Shown piece after piece: positions 24,946-39,300 of a stretch of 64,000 bases of DNA (positions within the stretch are counted from its first letter, which is position 1; the number at the start of each line of letters is the position of its first letter). Under the pieces are notes generated by a model. That model had not been told where the DNA came from and did no database searches. It saw only the letters and a program-made list of their open reading frames with translations. A program made the position numbers and the translations under genes. Origin of the DNA: Enoplolaimus lenunculus (Eukaryota); the NCBI GenBank assembly GCA_030248215.1, contig JASANG010003810.1, forward strand, positions 62,001 through 126,000. The letters run 5' to 3'.

Positions 24946-27900
24946 TTAAGATTAATTTTGGATTCCTACGGGGCTTGCAAAATGAATACCCTTAAGCCAC
25001 ATTTACACATGCTACTTTTTGCAGCGACAATTCGCAACTGCAACTGGCACAGTATTACTTGCAGCTGCAAGTATTTGCAATGAAACATCATTTTCATTCT
25101 GAATATTGACATTAATTTATATAAATGATTTGCAGATGACTGCAATAAATATCAAGCACAAGATCTGTATCTCACCAGTTCAGCAAATGATGCTGAATGA
25201 TTTTAACTTGAGTGAATAATTTGCAGCTGCAAGAACTTCAAAGCTGTTTTGTGACTGAACTTGCGTATGCAAGTTGCACGTACAAGTTTTGTTGCTCCAA
25301 AATACTTCCAGTGCGAATAGCGCTGTGTGGCTTACTTTGCGAGCTTTCTACTGCAACAAACATTGCATATTTTCGCAAATTAAGCTCTAAGGTTCGTTTT
25401 TAATATCTGTTTTCTACATATCTCAGTATTTTAGAATTTCGTTGAACCGTGCTACGGTATGAAATAATACAAACTTATTCAATAAAGTATCCGCTCAATA
25501 CTATGTCTTTAATTTTGTTCCATGATAAGTCCAGGAGTCTGCCAGGGAACTATTGAGAGGAGGGCATTAATAGGTCCACACCCCAATTGATGCCCGTTTA
25601 CGGTCAGGTGATGAAACTGTTTTGCTGAAACATCGTAGTAGTAATTGGCAAATTTTTTCTAAGAAACGAATATCATAACTGACCGGTTTTCGGTGCCAGC
25701 CGCCACCGAATTCCTCAGTGCGTCACTGTGAACGCCGTCTACCTGCCCGTTTTAGGGTCTACTTGTTAAAATATAGGTACACTGTACACTGCAATAAATG
25801 GTGAGTCAAATTGACTCTATCCGAAATACGCTTTTCCGGACAATACAAACTGAGTCAAAATCCGACTCCACCAGAGTCATATTTGACTCACTGTGCAACT
25901 CAGTTAGTTGAATATGACTCTGGCGGAGTGGAATTTTGACTCAGTTTGCGTAGGCCGGATAAGCCTATTTCGGAGAGAGTCAATTCGACTCACCACTTAT
26001 TTGCAGCGTATGGCTATCGGTCTATAAAACGTTATTCCCTTAAATAAAAACAACATTTATCGAGGGGTACCCCAAAACCCGCCTTACAATTACTTGACTC
26101 ACAAACCATATTGAAGAATACACTAATAATTGAACAGTATTTTCACTGCGCCATGTACGCCGTGTCGGTAAAATATGTTTCTTCAATCCTTTACATGATG
26201 GTCTTCAAACTGTCTTTTGCCTGGTTCGAGAAAATTGAGACAGACCACGGACACACCAAACGGGGCACCGGATACCGGCATCGCCCCCTCAAATAATTTT
26301 CGTACTACCACTGCTTTATTTTACACAATTATTAACGAGTAGCTATGTAATTTTGAAGAAACCAATATTGTAATTGGATTTTCGGAGACATGACCCCCAC
26401 TCCACCAATTTAAATATTTACACGACGAGTACCAAACCAGAGCTTGAAGGCCGGGTATATTTTGAAGGGCGCCAAAACTCTTCAAGATAGACGAAACCGG
26501 TGTTTATATGAGCGGTGGCCAATAAGGTACGGCAGCCAAAACATGGTTTCAGGCACCTTTCGCGCCTCTCAACAATTTGAACCAGAACAGACCATAGATA
26601 GTGTATATAGACTGCGAGTCTAATATGAGTTTCAAACTGAATACGCTTAGGTTTTCTACCATCTTTTCGAACGGGCAAGCCAGTGTAGCCAGGGACTGGG
26701 GGTTGGGTGGTGCAAACCCCTGTGGGATTTAGTGAAGGAGTATACTTTTTCAAATCTTAACACAAGAAACATTTAGCGAAATTTTCATAAAATGAAACCT
26801 CATTTTCCAAAATCCGACCGAGATCAAGATCAAGGACGGAACGTTTTTCTGTGTGACTGCAACACGGTAAGCATTAGACTATTTTTTGCTTATGTTTATG
26901 CTTAGGTTTAGGCTTAGGTATAAGCTCATTCTCGCGCATAGGCTTTAGGTTTATTCTAGAAATATGCATATACTACTGTAACGGCCCTGTTCTATACATT
27001 GGCCCATATTTTGACTACAAACATCGAAATGGGGGTAGCATTATCGGTGCAGAGGCCATATGTCACCCCACGGGTTTTTCAAAATTAAGCATTAAAACTA
27101 ATTATTAATTTGTACTTTCTCAAATATTTGGTAAATTTTTAAATTTGCAATATGTCGGTTCGGGTTCAGGTGGGTAATATTTTTTGTTGCCACAGTCGTG
27201 GGTCGTTTCTCTTCGGGGTGAATTATTGTATTTAAGTGGAAAGATCGGGAAATCATTTGTGTTCATAAATTTTTGGAAAGTCGAAAAAATTGAAAAAATG
27301 GCATTTTTGCAGGTATTAAAAATAATTTGTGGGATCCTAAAATGATTTCAGAACAAAAATTTCCAGCTCTTAACGCTCGCTCGAAACAAATATTTTTACG
27401 CGAAGTTATGCTCACCGAAATGTAAGTATAACTACGACCGTGTGTTCTTCAGTGGAAGCATATGAATTTAATTTGGTCTATGTTGACCAATGTATAGAAC
27501 AAAGTTGTAGAATATTCTTAAACCTAAGCCTAAGCCTATGTGTGAGAATGACCTTATACCTGCGCCTAACTTAAGCCTATGAACCCTAAGCAAAAATGAG
27601 TCTAACGGTTAAGCATACACTATTGCAGTCCCATGTATACTCGGTCCGTCCCTGTGATCTTATCATGGACCTCTATACTTAAGAAAATGAGCCATTTTGG
27701 CCAGTGAAATGATACGGATCGTCTCAGATTTGAGGTTCGTCTGTTAAATTGACCGCACGCCATCCCAGGGTCATTTATTTTGGCGACTGCTGTGAGTATC
27801 AGTTACGGTTTTATTGCGGCAGATCAAACAATTTTTCAATAAGAAGGCCGATCGAGATATAATAGACGAAAAAGCTTACGAGCGAAGCGAGCCAGAACAA

Positions 27901-27973
27901 CACAAACGCCGATTTAGTGCTAAATCTTAATAAAAAATTGAAAAATATAACAGAAAAATATATTACATTTGTT

Positions 27974-28141
27974 TGTCAATGTATAGAACAGGGCCACAAC
28001 AGTAGTATAAGCATATTCCTAAGCCTACAGCCTACGCCTGAGCCTAAGCCTAAGCCTAAGCAAAAACATTAGTCTAAACCTTAAGCTTGTTCTCTTACAG
28101 TCTCGTTTTAAAATGTTCCGGCCCTGTTCTATACATGGGCC
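27974..28141. mobile_element. TTAGGC-carrying MITE, subfamily A
   Basis: 8-bp TSD CATTTGTT, same TIRs, GCCTAA units on the + strand. Confidence 0.85.
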
Positions 28142-29228
28142 CATTTGTTTAAAGTGTCTGGCGTTTAGTAGGTACCCCTGAAAAATTGCGCCAGCAGCGC
28201 AGGTATAGATATCGCCTTCAATACAAATATTCAAAATAGCGCTCGCAATATCTAAGAATCGATTCGACAACCCTGTGGACCCACGACAATCCAAAACTTT
28301 GTGTTTGGCTTTGGATTAAACTTAAAGTGCACTGCAAAAAATGGTGAGTTAAATTGACTCTCACCGAAGTAGGCTTTTCCGGACTACACAAACTGAGTCA
28401 AATTCGACTCGGCCAGCGTCAAATTCGACTCACTGAGAGCGATTCATTGAGTCGAATTTGACTCTGGCAGAGTCGAATTTTAAACTCAGTTTGTGTAGTC
28501 CGGAAAAGCCTATTTCGGACAGAGTCAATTTGGCTCACCATTTTTTGCAGCGAGCTTGTGAGTTTTTATTTAATATTTAACCAATGTTTTGAGTGCCAGT
28601 TCAATGCACATGGTTAATACTCAAATATTTGCTTCAAATATTAACAATTTTTGGTATAATGATTGAATATATGGGTGGCGGTGTGCGAAAAATACGTTTG
28701 GCTTTCTCGCTAGCGAAGACTTTGTTCAAATTTCCTAATCGTGGTCTGTCAATCTTGATCTGTTTGAAATCAAGTTTCAATATTCTGACTTAAAAACGCC
28801 GTGGTTCGTTTGTTGCTTGCTTCGCATGCGAGATTTGTTTTTGCTATATTTTGCGATCCCTGTATAAAAAGTTCCGCCCGTAACTTTTACCCCCGGCCCC
28901 GTTCATCCTTTTCCCGTCAATTGCCGTCTCCCTCGTACATTGCAATCGTCCGCCCCCCCCCCCCCGTGAATTTCTCGCTCTCCCCGTACCCTCCAACCGG
29001 AAAACGTTCCTCCCGCCGTAAAGTTCTGGATACGCCACTGCCGCCGCGCGTTTCCCCTTCCGAAATTGCTGGATACGCCACTGGATATAGAACCTTATGC
29101 TTGCACCCTCAATGTAATACCAATTTTGTCAATTTTTTATAAGTAAAATTCCAATATAAACTGAAAATTAAGCCAGCTCATGTGGGATGGCTAAGGAGTT
29201 TTTGGGTTGGGCATAAATATACATAAAT

Positions 29229-29233
<5 letters not shown>

Positions 29234-29308
<75 letters not shown>
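29234..29308. repeat. (AT)n microsatellite
   Basis: Pure AT run. Imperfect AT-rich tracts also at about 19635-19815, 30649-30800, 50565-50745. Confidence 0.95.
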
Positions 29309-29315
<7 letters not shown>

Positions 29316-32300
29316 GGCATATAGAATGGTTTGCGATGACTTACAATCAAGTTTGAACTTTTCTAGAGGGTGCACAAAATTTTTTCAGAACGGCTCAGCC
29401 CCCCGTGATCGCCTCGGACCCGGCGAAATTTTTGCAATTAATATAAAAATACTGTTGAAAGTTTTTGACAAATGCTTGAAAAGAACCTGAAAATTTCCGT
29501 TCCAAAAAGTATAGACCATAGACCCTCGGCCTTCTCCACGCGGCCTCTCAGCCTAAGCTTTTACCTATGCCATCGTCTAAACGCCTTTGGCTATAAACCT
29601 ATGCTTAAGTCAAATCCTAAGCCTTAAGCAGGGCCGTCGTTAAGATAGTCGCCCCCCCCCCCCGAAAATGTCCGAGGGGGAAGCAATAAAATGTTTTACA
29701 ACTCTATAACTTCGTAGTCATCGAAAAAAATTTTTAGCTCGCAAAAAGTGTAGCCGTCCCATGGGTCAGGGTCTTCCTTATTGGGAGTCTTGGGAGGGGC
29801 GCTTCTGCCGGCGCTGGACGAAAGTATACAAAAGCTGTTTTTAGTAGCGTTTAGTATACTAGACTTCTATAACCTGATTTAGACTTTAGAGTACTTAACT
29901 ATGCTCTCTGTTGGTATTACCCTGACAAACCTTTAAAGCATTGTGTAGTGTTAAATTTTCAGTTACTAAACAACGTATTGTTATAGGCACTATAGCGACA
30001 TTACCAGGAGTGTATTATTACCAGGACTTCATTTCGGGACAGTGTATCCCCTCGTGGGCCCATATTACTTTAAGGTCGGCGTCCAGGGTTCAGGTGTGTC
30101 CATAAAACAGTAGGTTTAGATTCTAGATTACAGTTTTTGCTTAGGCGTAGGCTTAGTGCTTAGGAGTACGCTTTTGCAACGCTTAAGCTTAGGCTTAGGC
30201 ATAGGAACAATTCTTGCAACGGTTAGGTTTTAGGCTTAGGCTTAGGAAAACGCGTAATCCACTGTTAAGGCCTTAAAAGTAATATTGGCCACTTCGTGTT
30301 TAGTTTTTAATGCAAGCGAGCGAAGAAAGAAAATATCGTTGAATTTTAAGAAACATCAGATTGTTATTAATCTTTGTAAAGTACGCTTTTCTATTTTTTT
30401 GGTATTTGCAAAAATTTCTGAAGGGGTTGTTATATTTGATTATCCCACGGTCCCACAGACTCGTATGTACAAACATATACAGGTATAAACAGTGCCGAAG
30501 CGGACAGTGTGGGGCCTCCAAACATGCCAGCAAAAATCCAGACGCATTTCCAAACTTTGTTGGTTTTTGTTTCAATCGGTTAGGGTTGGGGCACCTTTAG
30601 GGGTGGGTCCCCCAAATGGGGGTATAGGGGGTGGCTGCTACGGCCCTGATATATATACATATATACACATATATATACATATATATACATATATATAGCT
30701 ATATATGTATATATATATAAATATATATTTATATATATACTAGTATATATGTTTGTGTTTATATATTTGTATATATGTATGTATACGTATGTATATTTAT
30801 GAATCTGTAAATAACGGTCAAATAGCAAACGACATTTGCCTTTCTGGCACTCTTTTTAGACAGATATACTGTCGATTCGTCAAGTTTTAGCTTCAGCAAC
30901 CAATTATTGAGTTTCTACCGGGTACGTAAACTGAGATCGGGGGTCCTAACTACCAGAATATTTGGTACGATCAAAAAAACTGGTTTAGAATAATCTGAAT
31001 TCGAAATGACTCGAACCAATTGACTCGTTGCTCGCTCATAAACCCTAAATAATGACGTCGAAAAGCTACACAGCCTGGCACCTGCCAGTCGAAGGATAAC
31101 TTTTTACACGTAATTTTCAGGCCCATAGCTTACCCACCTTGCTGGGGGGGGGGCTAAAATTTTTTATGAGGGGCATTTAAAGGTTTTCAATGACTTACAA
31201 GCAAGGTTGAAAATCTTCTACGGGAGGGGCTGAGCTCCCCTGGCCCCCGTTGGCTACGGGCCCGGTTATATTGTGTTATGTTTGGCAAACGAGTTGTAAA
31301 AGTCAAACCAATAGGTTTATGTACCACCGTGATTGGTTTGTATTTTACAAGCAACCGGTTAATCAATACAGAACAGCGGTACAAACAATCGGGGTTGGGT
31401 TACAATTGAACTAGTAAACTCTTCATAGAGTTGACGTAATAAAACAATTTTAGGTTTCCGCAATGAGGTGGATTGGCAATCTGGCGTACGCGAGCATGTA
31501 CCGGGTTAAGGTGGCCCTATACTTTTGTTGACGTCCGGAGCCGTCCGTCACCGTCCGTCACCAGTGGCGTACCGAGAAACTTTGATTGGGGGGGGGGGGG
31601 CGCCGCATGCTGTCAGGCCCATGCCTTTGGTTTCCGCCTAAAAGCAAACTTAAACTCCTTTAGCAGTGCGGATAGCAAATTTTTGTTGGCATTTATGATG
31701 TTAGTCACACTTCCCTATTTGATTCCAAGACTAATTCCAGAGTACTCTGTTAGGTCCGTCAAATTTGGCCGTTTGAGTATTTGGATCAGGATGAATCGGT
31801 TACCATGTGAGCCCGGCTTGAAACAAACATCGCGAGCGAAAAGCTAGACACTATTGTCTTTTACTGTAGAACAAAACTTCCGTTTGAAGTCGTTGTGGAG
31901 AATTTTTGTATGTATGAAATATTTCAAGGTAGTATGAGTTGAAACAGAGTAAAGCAATAGCTGGAAGCCTACAACTTTTTCAGCGCGGATTCGAACCGTT
32001 CATGGCTGCTGTCCCTTGGCTACGGGCCCGACTCAAGTTTTGGGATTTAAACCCAAAAATGTACTTCTGTCGACCATAATCAAACGTACTAATTCGAGGG
32101 GATGCTGAGACGCTTTGTACATATTTCGGCCGATGCTTAACAAAATATTTCGTTTTAGTATCATTAATATCGTTTTATTAATAATTTATATATTAAATTA
32201 ATATTGTTCTCTGTAAATCATTATAGTTCTCTTCATGTATATCAATTCTGATCGATAAAAAGCCAGTACCCCTTGCAAAACTTTTGTTCAATTTCTATTC

Positions 32301-32412
32301 GGTTTCCTAATCGGTTCTGCCGTCTTGGTTTCCAACCCGACGCATTATTATCGTGTATACTGTGTTTGTTACACGTCATACATACGTCATCTGGTTTGCG
32401 TTTAAAACGTTA

Positions 32413-32925
32413 TCTGGTGAATCGCGTAATCGTCAAATAAACGTCATCTGGAGAATCGCGTAATCGTCAAATAAACGTCATCTGGTGAATCGCGTAATCG
32501 TCAAATAAACGTCATCTGGAGAATCGCGTAATCGTCAAATAAACGTCATCTGGTGAATCGCGTAATCGTCAAATAAACGTCATCTGGTGAATCGCGTAAT
32601 CGTCAAATAAACGTCATCTGGTGAATCGCGTAATCGTCAAATAAACGTCATCTGGTGAATCGCGTAATCGTCAAATAAACGTCATCTGGTGAATCGCGTA
32701 ATCGTCAAATAAACGTCATCTGGAGAATCGCGTAATCGTCAAATAAACGTCATCTGGTGAATCGCGTAATCGTCAAATAAACGTCATCTGGTGAATCGCG
32801 TAATCGTCAAATAAACGTCATCTGGTGAATCGCGTAATCGTCAAATAAACGTCATCTGGTGAATCGCGTAATCGTTACATAAACGTCATCGTTACATAAA
32901 CGTCATCGTTACATAAACGTCATCG
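32413..32925. repeat. 34-bp minisatellite (14 copies) upstream of sup-12
   Basis: Unit TCTGG(T/A)GAATCGCGTAATCGTCAAATAAACGTCA, then 17-bp sub-repeats. Degenerate AAACGTCATCTG copies extend from about 32370 to 33290. Confidence 0.96.
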
Positions 32926-33379
32926 AACCACTTTTGATTTAACAATTGGTTTACAAGCAATCTGGTTTTGGAAAGGTCATCTGGACAATAAACATCATTT
33001 AAGTTTGCAAACGTCATCTGAGTGGACATCATACAAACGTCATTGGTTTCCCTAAACGTCATAATAAACGCTATCTGGATACCCGAATTTAAACACGTCA
33101 CCTGTTACAGTCGTTATTTCGTCAGATTTCTACAACGTCATACGATTTTTCAAACGTCATCTGGTTTATAAACTTCATACGATCATCGTCTGGTATAAAT
33201 CACGGAAATCCAATACAAAAGCTATATCTGGTTCGATTCAATCGTCATCCAGCTTAAAGCAAACGTCATCTATTTTTATAAGCGTTTACCTGGCTACTCA
33301 CATCACGCGGACTTAACATTTTTCTGGTTCAAAAAACATTATTTAGCAAAAAAGTTTTCTTTGACAAACTTCGGTTACA

Positions 33380-36300
33380 ATGTTTCATTCTGTCTACGGC
33401 GCCCTATGCGCAGATCCTTCAGCATCCAGTGCAGCGGCGGCGGCGGCGCTTATTGATCCGTCCATCCTTCAAAAAGATACGACGTTTACGAAAATATTTG
33501 TCGGAGGGTTACCGTATCATACAACCGATAAAACGTTGCGCGATTATTTTGAACAATTTGGAGACATCGAAGAAGCAGTGGTAATCACTGATCGACAGAC
33601 TGGAAAGAGTAAAGGATATGGATTTGTAAGTTCAAGTTTGCAGTTAAGAAGCCTCCTGGCTGGATATGGAAATTTTGTTTTGACGCTTCTCGGGTTCGTA
33701 GCCAGAGGGGAGCCAGAGGGGCTAAGCCCCCTGCAAGAATTTTGACCGCCCCCCCTAAAAATGTTTCAACCTTGCTTGTAAGTCATGGAAAACCCTTTAA
33801 TGCAAATCCGGGAAAATTTTAGCTCCCCGGGCCTAGCAAGGTGAGCTGTCTACGGGACTGGATTCATTTGCAACATTGTACACGCAGGGGGGTATAAAGG
33901 TACGGATTTATAAGGTTTTAAAATCAGCGAAATTATCTTAAACGTAGTAAATGTATTCAAGTAAGATTTCAGGCACCCAACCGTTGTATCTTTGATTTCA
34001 GGTAACAATGCGAGACAGAAGCGGTGCCGAACGTGCATGCAAAGACCCGAACCCAATCATTGACGGAAGAAAAGCAAATGTCAATCTGGCGTATTTAGGA
34101 GCGAAACCGCGAGCTAATCTACAGCTGGGTAAGTCGACAACTACATTGCGGTAACTAAAAATTACACGAAAAGTTCAAGCAAAAAAGTATTTCTGAATTT
34201 ATTCAGAAAAGTATTTTCTGTGGCAAATCTGACAAGTATTTCTGATATTTAAGACAATTTTTCAAAAAATAACTGGAAAACGTTTATTTTCAAACTTTAT
34301 TTCAAAACTTTTCTGAAATCTTTTCAGTTATAACAGAAATACTTTTCAAGTGAACCATGTTAATTATTTTTCTTAAATGTCAGAAAATTTTTCTTAAATA
34401 TCAGAAATATTATTTTGACTGTTATTCGAAAGACTTCAGCCAGGACTTTGTCGTATCCTAAAATTCTAGTTCAGACATCTTGATGCAATGATTCTTTAAA
34501 CTATACACTGTAAATTCCAATGAGTTGAATAATCAACTCAGCTAGCGAATTAGTTATTTCTGAGTTAATAACAATATGCATTCACTCTGAGGTGAAAGTT
34601 GATTTTCAGTCTCAGTTGATTTGATTCCGGGTGAGTTGATCAGCTAACTCAGATTGAGTTGCATCAACTCACAATTCTGAGTTAATATAGTCCTAACTCA
34701 GACTGAGTGTTTCAACTCATTCTGAGTTAAAATCAACTCACTGGAATTTACAGTGTATAACTGGAAGAATTTTGCCCAAGAAAATTATGAACCTTGCTTG
34801 TAAGTCTTTGAAAACCGTTTTATGCCTATCGTCAAAATTTGTTAACCACCCCCCGCAAGATAAGCTGGCTACGATGCCTGGTTGAATTGTTTTATATTGC
34901 ACCGTAGGACGTGGTTACTGATCTGAGACCAAAAGTTCAAAAATAGTTGAATGAAATATTACAATTTAGACATGCAGTAAAGGCATGATATATGTCGTAG
35001 GCCAATAGGCTATTCAGGCCAATTATTAATTGGTTTAGGCGAATTTACCATTTTATGTAATAGCAGTGTGGCATGGGCTAAACTGCTATTTTACTTACGG
35101 TCCAATCAAATTTGATTATTTGGGCAGACGCAGTACCGTCAACCAATCAATCACTGTTGTTTTGCGAAATCTCACAATCGCAAATTGGCCTCAGCCAAAG
35201 TGTTATTTGCTTCGAATAGCAGATTGGCCTGAATAGCAGATTGACATACGATATATACACATATATGCGGGGTTCACGTTATAACCGGGACAGGCGGGAC
35301 ACGGTTTGTCCCATGTTATCCGACGTCAACGTTAAAATTCGGGCTCTTACATCGGGTCAGCAGACAAAACTCGAATGTCATATGACATAGATTACAAACC
35401 ACCGCTCTCAAATGACCAATGTGTACAATGGACGGTATGTCACGTGATACTGTAGGACGTTTATGCGAATATCATATGATATTCCAAAACTTCAACGAAT
35501 ATAATATATATGATATTCAGCGGGACAGTGTAACCTCTGGGTATTAATAAATGAATGAAAAGTTGGACGGCTGCGGCACAAATGTGCTTTAAATACCAAA
35601 TACGTGCCTGCAAATCGTTTCCGTCATAATATCGCTTAGAAACACTGCTTTAAAATTCCAAAATTCAAATTTCAGATTCTAGTATCATATGATATCAACA
35701 GGACAATTTGGGTATGTTACCTCAAGTATGGAGACATTTGAAAATATACCTATCATATGATATTCGTTGACAATACCTCGATATCATATGAAATTGAAGA
35801 ACAAAAGGTGACCTACACGCGATAATAGCAGACAAATACGAATTTTTGAATATAAAACAGTGTCTATAAGCAGACAAAATGTTACCCAGTAGTCTCATAA
35901 CGCCAAAACGTGTCCCAAGCTGCCCCGGTTATAACGTGAACCCCGCATATATACTGGAAATTAGAAACAAAAATTAATTTCTATAGAAGCAAGAAAAACG
36001 TTAATTATCAGCGGGAGCCACATGAAAAATTATCATAAATAATTTTTTTCTGTTTCAGGATTACCGCTATCAACTTATCAGACAGGATTACCAACTGCGT
36101 GGACGTTGCCTGGACGCTTGGGGTAAGCAACTATAATGCTCCGCGCTTGGACAAATCTGATATTGAACTCAATAGGAAATGACTAGTTTGCTAACTGTGT
36201 CTAGCATCTACTGTCAGTTAGCATGACGCCACCGGATATTAATTTATCGGATACCGGATATTGGATTTTTTAGGAGAACCGGATTTTAACAAGATACAGC

Positions 36301-39300
36301 ATCCAGATTTGCGCACTGTTTGAAGTATTTGAGTCGAGGAAAATGCACATATGTTTACTGAATTCAATAATAATTGTAAGCTTGAATTTTTGACACACTT
36401 GTAAAAAGTTTATAAAATTCGCGATACCCAAAACATTTCTCACTGGCCTACGTCGGTTTCGCAAACAAGTTTCAAGTTTCGAAACGAAATCATGGCTACA
36501 CTGCAAAAAATGGTGAGTCAAATTGATTCTCTACGCAATAGGCTTTTCCTGACTACACAAACTGAGTCAAAATTGAGACTCCGTCTGAATCAAATTCGAT
36601 TCTCTGAGTCGCACGATTGACTCTGGCAGAGTCGAATTTTGACTCTCAGTTTGTGTAGCAAAAAAAGCCTATTTCGGCGAGAGTCAATTTGATTCATCAT
36701 TTTTTGAAGTGTACTCCTCAGTGGCCGTAGACATTTGATTCAGTATGAGGCACAAATTGCTAGAAAATTCCTATATATGTATTCTCAAATGTGTGTAGCA
36801 ACAATGACCAGCCAGCCGCTTAAATGTATAATTGTTAAATAAATCAGTCAAAAAATCAAAGTCGGTTACAAAATTTGGCATTTCCAGCCAGAAGATTCGT
36901 TTATTTATTAAAGTAATGTACAAACCTGAAATTAGTACATGTTTCTACTCTTGTACACTTCCATCCCGCAAATAAGGCTAAGGTTTAGCGGGTCCGTAGC
37001 CAAGGAAGGCCAGGGGGGCTCAGCCCCTCTATAAAAATTTTGGCCTCTCCTAGAAAATTTTCAACCATGTTTGTAAGTCATTGAAAACCCTTGAATGCCC
37101 CTCCTGAAAATTTTTAGCCCCTCCTGAGAAATTTTTAGTTCCCGCATAGCAAGGTGAGCTGGCTTCCTGAGGTTTAGGAATAAGCTTATCTTCAGGCTAA
37201 GGCTTCGAAGCGGCTTAGATTTAGGCTTAGGCTCGAGGAATAGCTAAACGATTTCCTAACCGAAGCCTAAACTTAAACGCTAAATCTGCGGCTAGGTCAA
37301 ATGCAATTTCCACAATATGCCTACTCCAGGTGACTTTTGATGGCGTATTGTGCAACGCACTAAACCCAAAATGCTTCAGTGCGCTGCATACTGAAGATTT
37401 TTGGCTCGCCCGGTGTAAGCATGTTATTGTGGAAATTCCATAAGCCTGAGGCTAAAAGCGTATAGAGTTCTGGTTTGAAACACAATTCATTTTATGGATA
37501 AACTGGAACATTCATATAAAACTTCAAGTTGAACACAAAGTTCAAAAATGAAAGTGAAACGTCGATATAAACTGGCATTTTTTGGTGCGAATAACTCTGG
37601 TATCAGTACGGAATTTGGCGTTTTTTTTCAAAATTACCAGGTTGACATTTACGTATAAATTGTTACATTATAAATATGGCTTGGGGTGGAGTTTTTAAGC
37701 TGGCTGTATTTCAGTACGTATGTACCATAAATTGGACTCGTGTCAAAAGTGTAAAAAACATTTTTCGCGTTTTGAAAAACGCTAAAAATATAACATTTTG
37801 CTACATTAGCGATTCATTTTAGAGTTTTTACGCTCACAAAAACGCAGGCTTGGTTGTAAAATATGAAACGCGTTTAAAACGGCAGTTTATTTGACAATTT
37901 CTGCGGTTCAGAGTGTAAGCGGAATAGTAAAAATAGCGGAAACGGAAAACGGATATTCAAGTATATCAAGTTTCAAATATGTCTTATTTTTCTGCCAATA
38001 CAATTGACGTATGCAAATAGTCACTTTGCTGTGTAAAAATTTGAAGAAAAAGTAGCGAATGCATCGAATTGTTTAAAATTTTGGATGAATTTCGTATTAA
38101 TTTAAATTTCATATCGAACAATTGCAGCCTATCTGCAATGAAAAATTGCGATTTATACGTGATTTATAACCAATAATGAAAAATTGCGACATATTTATAT
38201 AAGTGAATTTATAAACTATTTACAAATGTAAAAAATTACAGAAATTCCGGTATTTTTACAACGGAAACGAATCAATTACTGTTCCTGTTCCTGTGCCGGC
38301 CAATTTTAGTTCCTGTTGAAACCCTGAAAATTTATAAATATGTATGTATATATTGGCGTTTGTACTGTTTGACATTTTTAGGTTAGGCTCAGACTTAGGT
38401 TTTGCAAAAGGCTCACGTATGTGACAGATCGTAAGACGTTGCGTAAACCTTTTCGTGAGCAGAAGAAAAGTATCACTGTAAATTTCAATGAGTTGATTAA
38501 TCAATCTAGCTAGCAAGTTGGTTATTTCTTTATTACTATCAATAAACATTAACTCAGTCTCACTCTGAGTTGAGTTGACTCTCTGCGTTGATTAATTTAC
38601 TCAGAATGCGTTGAATCAACTCTAAATTCTCAGTTCTGATAGTCCTAACTTTCAGACTGAGCGATTCAAGTCATTCTGAGTTGAAATCAACTCACTGAAA
38701 GTTATCGCGTTTGACGATTTAGTTTATATACGTACAGATTTAAATTTCAGACCAATATCTGGTTAATATGGTGACATATTTATTGCGGTTGACCAAATGA
38801 CCACGATTGCGTATATTTGTATTGTATGTTTTCTAGGGCGTGAATTTGACGTGGTGCAGTTGTTTTGTTTGTGACGGGAGGGTTTGTTTCTCTAAAATAT
38901 ATTGTGTGCTGCTAAAAAAATGATGGTGGTTCATTAATAGACGTAAATGTGTGTCGTCAGAGATGAAAGTGGGGGCGCTCTGCGCGTCGGCTCTACCCCC
39001 GCTCCACGAGGAATTGGTTCAAGCTGCCCTTTGGTGTCAGGTTATGTAGCCAGATCAACTTGCTTAGGTGGGGGCTAAAAAGTTTTCCGGAGGGGAATTA
39101 TAGGGTTTTTAATGACTTGCAAGCAAGGTTCGAAAATTTTCTAGGGGGCAAAATTTTTTCAGGGGGGCTGAGCCTCCCCACCTTTGGCTACGGGCACGCT
39201 TGGAGTTCAACGGAAAAATTGTACCCCAGCTGCCTGTTCCACTGAGAAAACAGTTATTTAACTTAAAATTAATAGCATTTCATGCGATTTGTTATGCTGA

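Noticed and set aside
18633..26753. Short ORFs at 18633-18989, 19851-20178, 26111-26296 and 26418-26753
   Set aside because: No recognisable domain or consistent exon chain; cannot be supported without a search.
32413..32890. CRISPR-like array of 34-bp repeats
   Set aside because: Head-to-tail tandem units with no unique spacers, eukaryotic context, no cas genes.
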